A DNA stretch of 61,063 bases from an uncultured Candidatus Saccharibacteria bacterium (lineage in GTDB: Bacteria > Patescibacteriota > Minisyncoccia > Phycocordibacterales > DATDWN01): assembly GCA_964603545.1 (NCBI GenBank), contig CAZRVD010000005.1, positions 1 through 61,063 on the forward strand, read 5' to 3'. The translations under genes were made by a program, and so were the position numbers. The notes beneath the pieces were generated by a model. It made no database searches. It worked only from the letters and a program-made list of their open reading frames with translations, and had not been told where the DNA came from. Shown here one piece after another: positions 53,804 to 61,063 of the stretch; position 1 is the stretch's first letter; every line of letters starts with the position of its first letter.

Positions 53804-55646
53804 CCATTTTAAGCAAGTTCCGAAGTACACCTTCTGGGACTTCATTCGTAACTGTCGTCTCTGATGTTATTGAGCCTCCACTTCGTTTCGGCGGATATAC
53901 GGTCTTATTCGAAGCTTTCGTCTCAGATATCGTATCGCTTTCACTTCGTTTTGCTGGAGAAACCGGTTCTGATTTTTTACTTAAAACTCCTGCCAATGCA
54001 TTTTTTAAACTAGAAAGGTTCTCCTTGCTCGGATGTTTTTTACCCACCTGTGCAGATAATTCTTTTTCCTTCACAATACTAGAAAGAGAAACTGTTTCTT
54101 GTTTTGGCACTTCTTCCTGTACCTTCTGTCTACTACGAAGCTCCTCGGCTACTCTCATTAGGGCCAACCTATTTTCATCTGGTGTGCCTAGTGGTTCTAC
54201 CTTTGAAGCTTCACTTCGTTTCGGCGAAGAATTTGAGTTGTAATTTCTGTCGCCTTTGTCTTGTTTAAATTCTTTTTCTCTTTTTTCATTCCCCCCGTTA
54301 TCATTACTATTTCCATTGCCACTATCGTGCCAATCTGATATTAATTTCTCAATTTTCTCTCTAGGATGGGCGAACTGTTCTCTTGAACTTTTTATAACCT
54401 CGTTTCTATAAGAAATATCTGGTTTAGCAATAGGAGCCATAGTCATTGCGGAAAAAGGTTTGGAAGACACTCCGTCTATCATTAGTTTCAGATATATCTG
54501 TATGAACCCAAGGTTGACCATATCTTCTGCGGTAAATGTTGGTGCAAATTCCTTTTCCAAAACCTCGGCATCAAGAGCTCCAACTCTAAACATTATCATT
54601 GTTCCTACGTTTCCAAACACAGCGTCTCTCACTTCCTCCTCCATTTGTTCAATATACTGATGAGCAATAGTTAAATTTAATTTATATTTTCTTGCTTCAG
54701 ACAAAATATCTGCAAAAGATTTGTTGGCAAAAGACTGAAACTCGTCCACGTACAAATAAAAATTCGGAAGTTTTGCCAACTCTTTTTCATCTCTGTCTGC
54801 ACGACTCATGGCTGCTAGATATATTTTTGTAATTAGCATCGAGCCGAGAAGATTTGCATTACCCTCTCCCACCTTACCTTTGGAAAGGTTTATTATCATT
54901 ATCTTGCTATTGTCCATGATGTCCCGGAAATCAAATGAAGATTTTTCCTGACCTATTATGTTTCGAACTAAAGGGTTTGAAGTAAACTGACCTATTTTGT
55001 TTTGAATCGCAGGTATAGCTTCTGCAGCAAATCTCTCTGTGTACCCTGCGTACTCTTTTGTCCAGTAACTTTTAACCGATGAGTCAGTAATATTTGCAAT
55101 GACTTTGTTGCGATACTCTTTTTCCACAAGCATTTTGTTTATACCAAGCATCGTTGCTCCCGGATACTCTAGAAGCGCCAAAATAGTGTTTTGTAAAATG
55201 TATTGCATTCTGTCGGAGAAACTTTCCTCTCCGAAAAGTTTTTTGAATGCACTCATGAGTCCACTGACCACCAAGTGTCTTTTTTCTACACCAATATCTT
55301 CCATAACATTGAAAGAAATCGGGTAGTCTATATCAAAAGGTGCAAAATATATAACATCTTTTACTCTGTGCTCTGGCACATAATCCAAAAGCTTTTCTGC
55401 TGTACCTCCGTGTGGGTCAATAAAAACAGTCCCATTGCCGTTCTGGATGTCCTGGATGGCCATATTCTCAAGAAGGGTAGATTTCCCCATTCCAGTCTTA
55501 CCAATCACATAGACGTGTTTTAGACGGTCTTTGGCTTTAATACCAAACTTTATCTTCTTATTTCTAGCGTCAGTTTCACCAAAATATGTAATAGCATTGG
55601 GGTCCATAGTTTGAAATATTGTACCATAAAATTTCTTTCTCGCCAT
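53787..55646 (-). CDS. VirD4/TraD-like (type IV coupling-protein-like) P-loop NTPase with a disordered K/S/E-rich C-terminal tail
   Basis: VIGKTGMGKSTL (Walker A), FYLYVDEFQSF (Walker B), ARKYKLNLTIAHQY. The last ~190 aa are low complexity. Confidence 0.7.
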   Translation of the reverse strand: MARKKFYGTIFQTMDPNAITYFGETDARNKKIKFGIKAKDRLKHVYVIGKTGMGKSTLLENMAIQDIQNGNGTVFIDPHGGTAEKLLDYVPEHRVKDVIYFAPFDIDYPISFNVMEDIGVEKRHLVVSGLMSAFKKLFGEESFSDRMQYILQNTILALLEYPGATMLGINKMLVEKEYRNKVIANITDSSVKSYWTKEYAGYTERFAAEAIPAIQNKIGQFTSNPLVRNIIGQEKSSFDFRDIMDNSKIMIINLSKGKVGEGNANLLGSMLITKIYLAAMSRADRDEKELAKLPNFYLYVDEFQSFANKSFADILSEARKYKLNLTIAHQYIEQMEEEVRDAVFGNVGTMIMFRVGALDAEVLEKEFAPTFTAEDMVNLGFIQIYLKLMIDGVSSKPFSAMTMAPIAKPDISYRNEVIKSSREQFAHPREKIEKLISDWHDSGNGNSNDNGGNEKREKEFKQDKGDRNYNSNSSPKRSEASKVEPLGTPDENRLALMRVAEELRSRQKVQEEVPKQETVSLSSIVKEKELSAQVGKKHPSKENLSSLKNALAGVLSKKSEPVSPAKRSESDTISETKASNKTVYPPKRSGGSITSETTVTNEVPEGVLRNLLKMDDGKK

Positions 55647-55753
55647 ATCTTTTTTTAGACCCCGCAGACCTGAAGCTTGGTTCTGTCAACGACTTGAGTG
55701 AAACGAAAGCTCATTGACAGATTCAGGTCGAGGACTAAGTGAACTCTCCGCAG

Positions 55754-55785
55754 GTGAGATTGGATTGGGACCCAATCGCAAGACC
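55754..55785 (+). repeat. module F: GTGAG-hairpin-CGCAAGACC shared with tRNA-Phe leader repeat B
   Basis: GTGAGATTGGATTGGGACCCAATCGCAAGACC here, versus minus-strand 16740->16709 GTGAGTTTGGGTTGGGACCCAAACGCAAGACC. Confidence 0.65.
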
Positions 55786-55877
55786 TTGAACATTTTGTAA
55801 TCAAAATGTGAAAGGTGTACTGCTCCTGTAAGGAGAGAGTGAACGGTCTTAAAAAGATATGCGGGAGAAAGAGATTT

Positions 55878-57059
55878 TTAATTCGGATTAAGTGCACCCT
55901 TTGTGTATTTATTGCTTGGACTCCATAAAATCCAGGAGGATAATCCAACATCATTCGTCGCTTTTATTTGTGCTCTAACTTCAGTCGCTCCATAACTCAT
56001 CTTCAGTCCAAAATCCTGTAACCACGGTCTTAACTCCCCCACTACTTGCCCAGTTGTACTTGCTAATAATTCTGATCTATCTACCGCAGATTTCATAGCA
56101 TATTTCACGACTTCATATGGATATTTTTCTGGGTCGCTAAAACCTTCAAACGTTGGTGGATAATGTGATGGATAAACCATAGGCATTATGTAATCAAAAT
56201 AAGGTAACGTATTTTCTAAAAGTTGTCCAATACCCATATCGTCATTTGCACTAGTTGTCATACCAAATAAATCAGCTGAAGTTTTTAGTCCAGTGCCAAT
56301 CAATTCGTTGTGTAAATATTCAAAGAAATTTTTCATTACTATTGCCTTTGTAGTAGAAGAACTGAATGGGTATGAAATGTCTTGCATATTTCCATCTGAT
56401 GGAAATCTAATGTAATCAAAATTAATTTCATCAAAACCAAGTTTTCTACTCTCTTTCGCGAGTAATATTATATAATCCCAATATTCTTTTGATCCTGGAT
56501 CTATCCAAGAAATTCCTTTTCTATCTTTCCACACAGCACTTTTGTCTTCTGTTTTCACTGCCAAGTCTGGTCTGTGTTTTACAAAATAAGCATCTTGAAA
56601 AACTGCGACACGACCAACGACGTATATATTTTTCTTATGTAATGTTTCTATAAAATCTTGTAAATCTTTTATCCTGATTTCTTCCGAACCATAATTTTTT
56701 AGCTCTGGTGAACTAACCTTAAAAACAATTTTACCGCTATAGTCCTTTATATCGATTACTAAAGTATTTATCTCTGTTTCATCTATAAGTTTCACCAGTC
56801 CACCTCTCAGTTGCTCATTTGAAGCTACCCAGCTTGTCATATATATGCCCCTCACAGGCTCCGGAGTAGATACGTAAGACGGTACAAAAACAACTTCTTT
56901 TGGAGTTGAAGTAGCTATGGGGATAGTCGCATCGCCAGCAATTACATAATGGTCACTAAATATTCTAGGTAAAGCAAAAATAATTATAACTAAAAATATT
57001 GGGAGTAAAACTACAAACAAATATGTAGCTTGTTTGTTGTTTTTTAATACACCTTTCAT
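55878..57059 (-). CDS. putative TIM-barrel glycoside hydrolase (DUF4015/GHL-type), membrane-anchored
   Basis: N-terminal TM helix; INFDYIRFP and VIDIKDYSGKI segments recalled from DUF4015-type proteins. Confidence 0.6.
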   Translation of the reverse strand: MKGVLKNNKQATYLFVVLLPIFLVIIIFALPRIFSDHYVIAGDATIPIATSTPKEVVFVPSYVSTPEPVRGIYMTSWVASNEQLRGGLVKLIDETEINTLVIDIKDYSGKIVFKVSSPELKNYGSEEIRIKDLQDFIETLHKKNIYVVGRVAVFQDAYFVKHRPDLAVKTEDKSAVWKDRKGISWIDPGSKEYWDYIILLAKESRKLGFDEINFDYIRFPSDGNMQDISYPFSSSTTKAIVMKNFFEYLHNELIGTGLKTSADLFGMTTSANDDMGIGQLLENTLPYFDYIMPMVYPSHYPPTFEGFSDPEKYPYEVVKYAMKSAVDRSELLASTTGQVVGELRPWLQDFGLKMSYGATEVRAQIKATNDVGLSSWILWSPSNKYTKGALNPN

Positions 57060-57060
57060 T

Positions 57061-57453
57061 TTATTTATCCTTTACGTTCGATTTGCGAATTGAATCAACT
57101 TTTACAGAAACTTTTTTTGTTTTTTTGGGAGCGGAGATTGGTTTAAAATCTTTTTCAACAATTTGAATTGGTTCTTTGTGCTCTTCTGGTTTAGCTACGT
57201 GCGGAGTTTCTATTTTTACAACTTCTATTTCTGGCGTGTGCGTCTCTTTTTTTATTTTATTTCTAAATATTTTCCTAGGAGTTGGAATTCTAATTGAAGT
57301 TAAAACTAAAGTGACTCCAGCAAACACAACAAGACCCATCTTCCACATAGTTGGGAAACCAAGAAAAGGTATGAGAAAAACAAAAACTCCTAAATAAAAA
57401 CTACCTTTATGATTTATCATTACGTAATTATACTCCAAAAAAACTTTTCGCAA
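57061..57453 (-). CDS. small membrane protein with a lysine-rich tail, hypothetical
   Basis: 130-aa ORF (start possibly Met-11); two TM helices followed by a K/E/P-rich tail. Confidence 0.55.
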   Translation of the reverse strand: MRKVFLEYNYVMINHKGSFYLGVFVFLIPFLGFPTMWKMGLVVFAGVTLVLTSIRIPTPRKIFRNKIKKETHTPEIEVVKIETPHVAKPEEHKEPIQIVEKDFKPISAPKKTKKVSVKVDSIRKSNVKDK

Positions 57454-57491
57454 AATTTTTTTTAATTAGACCACAAAAAAGAATTTTTGTT

Positions 57492-58838
<1,347 letters not shown>

Positions 58839-58879
58839 TTAAAAGTCTAATTTTCTGTTATATTCACTTAGTTGCCTTT

Positions 58880-58987
58880 GGGCTCATGGTCACGGATATT
58901 TTGATTGTCGCCACAAATCAAAATTCCTCGACCCCGTCTCGCTTGTTTTGTTTACTAACAAAACGTAGCTGTGACTCGCATGAGTCC
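58880..58987 (-). repeat. structured repeat copy D, upstream of tRNA-Ile on the opposite strand
   Basis: Closing stem GGGCTCATGGTCAC (58880-58893) pairs with GTGACTCGCATGAGTCC (58971-58987). Minus-strand core GAGACGGGGTCGAGG-hairpin-ATCCGTGACCA. GGCTCATG (58881-58888) is repeated at 59017-59024, abutting the tRNA 5' end. Confidence 0.65.
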
Positions 58988-58989
58988 AT

Positions 58990-59016
58990 AAAAACACAAA
59001 GAAGTTTGTGTTTTTA
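58990..59016. terminator. bidirectional hairpin with A/T runs between repeat D and tRNA-Ile
   Basis: AAAAACACAAA-GAAG-TTTGTGTTTTT. Confidence 0.55.
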
Positions 59017-59023
59017 GGCTCAT

Positions 59024-59100
59024 GCGCGCATAGCTCAGTTGGCTAGAGCAATCGACTGATACTCGGTAGGTCCCAGGTTCGAATCCTGGTGCGCGCACCA
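59024..59100 (+). tRNA. tRNA-Ile (anticodon GAT), CCA encoded
   Basis: GCGCGCA TA GCTC AGTTGGCTA GAGC A ATCGA CTGATAC TCGGT AGGTC CCAGG TTCGAAT CCTGG TGCGCGC A CCA (77 nt). Confidence 0.92.
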
Positions 59101-59104
59101 GATG

Positions 59105-59131
59105 AAAAGACTCCCTAAACGGGAGTTTTTT
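59105..59131. terminator. intrinsic terminator 3' of tRNA-Ile (bidirectional)
   Basis: AAAAGACTCCC-TAAAC-GGGAGTTTTTT. Confidence 0.7.
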
Positions 59132-59136
59132 CTTAC

Positions 59137-59207
59137 TGGTGCGAGCCGGAGCGCGACGGCGCGAGGCCGGGTCGGGAAAGTTTTTAGTAAAAAACTATTC
59201 CTGACCA
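59137..59207 (+). repeat. structured repeat copy E at the left border of GC-rich cassette 4
   Basis: Starts with TGGTGCG (same as tRNA-Ile 59089-59095). Then CCGGA-GCGC-GACG-GCGC-GAGGCCGGGTCGGG-hairpin-TCCTGACCA, collinear with minus-strand copy B and carrying compensatory GCCC/GGGC -> GCGC/GCGC changes. Confidence 0.65.
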
Positions 59208-59247
59208 CAAGACGAATATTTTAACAAACGGAAAGGGTGGCCGACTC

Positions 59248-59517
59248 TCATCGTCCACCCTGAAGTTTCCGGAACAACCCATTCTCGAGCATCTCAACGA
59301 TTCTCAAGTGTCTCAAGTAAGTATCGCGGAGACTCTCTGTTGCCCCCGTCATGTCCATGGCCTCTGTTGCTCGTTTGTACCTTTCTATATCATCCAAATA
59401 CCTTGCGGCCAGCTCACAAAGCGAGATGACTGAACCTGGTATTTCTTGACTGTAGTAAATCACCAAGAGAGCTTCTTTCTCCCCTCTGGACAATTTCAGC
59501 AACTCTGCTTTTGTCAC
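59248..59517 (-). CDS. hypothetical soluble helical protein, GC-rich (cassette 4, distal gene)
   Basis: ORF 59248..59580. The first ATG lies inside the upstream terminator hairpin, so GTG at 59517 (AGAGG 6 nt upstream) is preferred. 89 aa, no recognised motif. Confidence 0.5.
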   Translation of the reverse strand: MTKAELLKLSRGEKEALLVIYYSQEIPGSVISLCELAARYLDDIERYKRATEAMDMTGATESLRDTYLRHLRIVEMLENGLFRKLQGGR

Positions 59518-59560
59518 AGCACACCTCTGTCGACACACTAACATATAAAAAAATAAACTC

Positions 59561-59590
59561 AAGAAAAAGGCGAGGTGCATGCACCCCGCC
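59561..59590 (-). terminator. intrinsic terminator between the two cassette-4 genes
   Basis: Minus strand: GGCGGGGTGC/GCACCTCGCC palindromic hairpin followed by TTTTTCTT. Confidence 0.65.
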
Positions 59591-59611
59591 CTGCGTCCGA
59601 GACAAACCGGA

Positions 59612-59854
59612 CTAGCGAACCCGGATCTTCACGACGGGTCGTTCCCAGAATCTCGTGAAGGCGTTGTAACCCCGAGACATCAGGATGTGGACCTGCTCAC
59701 GCAGTGCCACCACGATGAGCGTGACTCCGCTGGCTTGGCTCGCGAAAAACGTCTCATCGAGGTCCTTACTTTGGGCTTCATAGCCCCCGAGAAGCCCAGC
59801 CATCATGACCAGGATCACCAGAACCACAGCTTTCTGCTCAGTACGCACTTCCAT
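59612..59854 (-). CDS. hypothetical small membrane protein, GC-rich (cassette 4, proximal gene)
   Basis: Start at MEVRTEQK with GGAGG 6 nt upstream. 80 aa with a hydrophobic helix AVVLVILVMMAGLLGG. Confidence 0.6.
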   Translation of the reverse strand: MEVRTEQKAVVLVILVMMAGLLGGYEAQSKDLDETFFASQASGVTLIVVALREQVHILMSRGYNAFTRFWERPVVKIRVR

Positions 59855-59902
59855 CGTGTCTCCTCCCAGTACTGGCCTCATTACCTGTACTGTCTGTAAA
59901 GT

Positions 59903-59931
59903 ATTATATCACAATACTTATCCACAGTCAA
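59903..59931 (-). promoter_or_regulatory. near-consensus sigma70 promoter of cassette 4
   Basis: Minus strand: TTGACT (59931-59926), 17-nt spacer, TATAAT (59908-59903). Confidence 0.65.
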
Positions 59932-59934
59932 GCA

Positions 59935-59967
59935 CCAAAAAACCGCTATATTACTAGCGGTTTTTTG
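59935..59967. terminator. bidirectional terminator hairpin separating the 16S downstream region from cassette 4
   Basis: AAAAAACCGCTA-(loop)-TAGCGGTTTTTT. Confidence 0.65.
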
Positions 59968-60169
59968 ATATATCATCCTTTATTTTGTTCCGTTCATACT
60001 GTCTTTCCAGTAGTCGTACTGTTTTAGGACTACAGTAATTGTCCATTGTAAATCCTTGCTTACCCTTAAGTCTGGCAGGCAGGGACCTACAATATCGACA
60101 CACATTTATATTTCTCTTTCGAAAAACATAACTTTCCTTTCGCAAAGCGAAAAGTATTTCAAATTGAAT

Positions 60170-60291
60170 TATTCCACGACCAGCTTCCGCTAGCCGTGCC
60201 TTGTTACGACTTACTCCCTGTTACCGAATTTACCGTGGTCTAGGCAAACCTAGCCTTCGGGTATTCCCGGTTCCCTTGAGTTGACGGGCGG
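60170..60291 (-). rRNA. 16S rRNA, 3'-terminal segment (about E. coli 1399 to helix 45)
   Basis: Minus strand reads CCGCCCGTCAAC...AAGTCGTAACAAGGCACGGCTAGCGGAAGCTGGTCGTGGA, containing the universal 1400 region, the 1492R primer site and helix 45. The exact 3' end is uncertain. Confidence 0.85.
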
Positions 60292-60441
60292 ATTGCAATA
60301 ACTATTTAAGTTTCGCATCCCCTGAATTATTTTCATAATTCATCATATCGCTTCCCATCATTTCACGACTTTGAACGTAGCGAGCGGATTTCCCGCACTA
60401 CGCGAGTTCAATAATTTCTGAAACTATCGATTTTGTCCTTC

Positions 60442-60476
60442 CTAGTTTCCCAAAGGTCCTTCCTTTGGGAAACTAG
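60442..60476. repeat. perfect 15-bp hairpin inside the 16S insertion
   Basis: CTAGTTTCCCAAAGG-TCCTT-CCTTTGGGAAACTAG. Confidence 0.8.
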
Positions 60477-60529
60477 TACTACGACGCAGCTGACTTCCAG
60501 CACTAATTTTTGGAGTCAAGATTTTATAC

Positions 60530-60558
60530 TTGACAAATAAATTTATAACCGACATCAT
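60530..60558 (+). promoter_or_regulatory. putative promoter of cassette 5
   Basis: TTGACA (60530-60535), 17-nt spacer, CATCAT (weak -10). Confidence 0.4.
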
Positions 60559-60588
60559 TCCGTTAGATAACGCCTAGGAGGACCTACA

Positions 60589-60768
60589 ATGAAACATGAC
60601 TTGGCCGACGCTTGCGACTACGTTGTCACTTTCGTGGTTGTCATGATCGGTTGCCTGATGACACTGCCGATCTGGATCGTCATTGGATCAGTCCGATTCT
60701 TCCTGTTCGTCGATGAGATTCGACAAAACAGTCACGCCTCTCCGTTTCGTGCGCGCTACCTCGGGTAG
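60589..60768 (+). CDS. 59-aa hydrophobic peptide (cassette 5), antisense to the 16S rRNA gene
   Basis: Not in the ORF track (<60 aa). AGGAGG lies 7 nt upstream of the ATG. Encodes MKHDLADACDYVVTFVVVMIGCLMTLPIWIVIGSVRFFLFVDEIRQNSHASPFRARYLG. The stop codon is embedded in the terminator stem. Confidence 0.5.
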   Translation: MKHDLADACDYVVTFVVVMIGCLMTLPIWIVIGSVRFFLFVDEIRQNSHASPFRARYLG

Positions 60769-60782
60769 CGCGTTTCTTTTTT
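60751..60782 (+). terminator. intrinsic terminator of cassette 5
   Basis: GCGCGCTACC-TCG-GGTAGCGCG followed by TTTCTTTTTT. Confidence 0.75.
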
Positions 60783-61052
60783 CCAAAAATTAGTGCTGGA
60801 TCTCCTTGGGTCATTTGTCATTCTATTCCAAACATCCTTATCGAGACTTTCTAGACGTATAGTCTAGGTACTTCTTTCTGACTCACCGCAGAAATCGTAC
60901 ATCTTTTTTGTGATAGGGCTGCTTTTTGCTACTAGGATCCTTCAGTCCATTCATTACTGCTGTGGACCTATCTTTTCGCTACTTTCACACTCCTATGAAA
61001 GGTTGGACTTTAACCAACTAGACCTTGACAAACTGCCAAGCGCATTTTATTC

Positions 61053-61063
61053 TGAGTACAAGA
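61053..61063 (-). rRNA. 16S rRNA, last bases of the segment upstream of the insertion (continues beyond the window)
   Basis: Minus strand TCTTGTACTCA matches the universal TTGTACACA element with one mismatch. Only 11 nt are visible. Confidence 0.5.

Larger units (their letters stand above)
60497..60799. mobile_element. 303-bp unit bounded by perfect 17-bp inverted repeats, carrying a complete mini expression cassette (cassette 5)
   Basis: CCAGCACTAATTTTTGG (60497-60513) and CCAAAAATTAGTGCTGG (60783-60799). Promoter-like TTGACA, AGGAGG, a 59-codon ORF and a terminator lie inside. Confidence 0.6.
60292..61052 (-). other. 761-bp insertion (intron or intervening sequence) in the 16S rRNA gene between the GTAC(T/A)CA and CCGCCCGTC elements
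   Basis: Minus-strand TCTTGTACTCA (61063-61053) and CCGCCCGTCAAC (60291-60280) are contiguous in normal 16S rRNA (TTGTACACACCGCCCGTCA). The intervening sequence has no rRNA similarity that I can recognise. Confidence 0.7.

Noticed and set aside
55655-55954. 99-aa minus-strand ORF spanning the structured intergenic region and the end of the glycoside hydrolase gene
   Set aside because: It overlaps the 3' end of the well-supported 55878-57059 gene in another frame. It also runs through hairpin-rich noncoding sequence that is better explained as RNA or repeat structure.
59954-60145. 63-aa basic ORF (TTG start) immediately downstream of the 16S 3' end
   Set aside because: It has a non-ATG start without any RBS and lies in the rRNA trailer/spacer. 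Only an internal 30-aa ATG ORF would remain. No supporting signals, so it was left unannotated.

Overview
AT-rich bacterial chromosome segment whose gene content and style suggest a small-genome Patescibacteria/CPR-type organism (inference only). Supporting features are a short ValRS, tRNAs without an encoded CCA, no Shine-Dalgarno (SD) sequences upstream of resident genes, and an insertion-bearing 16S rRNA gene. The backbone carries tsaD, valS, a PrsW-like protease, Hsp20, glutaredoxin, an FtsB-like protein, MYG1, a DsbB/thioredoxin pair, secA and eno. It also carries three complete tRNAs (Phe-GAA, Arg-CCT, Ile-GAT) and one tRNA truncated by the window edge. There is a 1406-aa surface protein with an internal 1.29-kb duplication. 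A ~28-kb envelope-glycan locus (25.7-53.8 kb) encodes dTDP-sugar enzymes, many GT4/GT2/PMT-like glycosyltransferases and seven methyltransferases. The 3' end of a 16S rRNA gene is split by a 761-bp insertion. Four things stand out against this backbone. (1) A ~7.2-kb island (nt ~18-7194) with a large serine recombinase is bounded by an imperfect tRNA-3'-end direct repeat; its main cargo is a 933-aa nuclease-like/HEAT-like protein. (2) Five visibly GC-rich, self-contained expression cassettes (sigma70-like promoter, strong GGAGG-type SD, ORF, intrinsic terminator) sit in intergenic gaps of a genome whose own genes lack SDs. One cassette lies inside the 16S insertion, flanked by a perfect 17-bp inverted repeat. 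(3) A mosaic family of structured repeats (conserved core GGGGTCG-hairpin-GTGACCA) sits next to all three complete tRNA genes and duplicates tRNA terminal sequences. (4) The 16S 3' tail appears to lack the CCUCC anti-SD. No CRISPR array, cas gene, transposase or reverse transcriptase was seen. All functional calls come from motif recognition by eye, and no database search was run.
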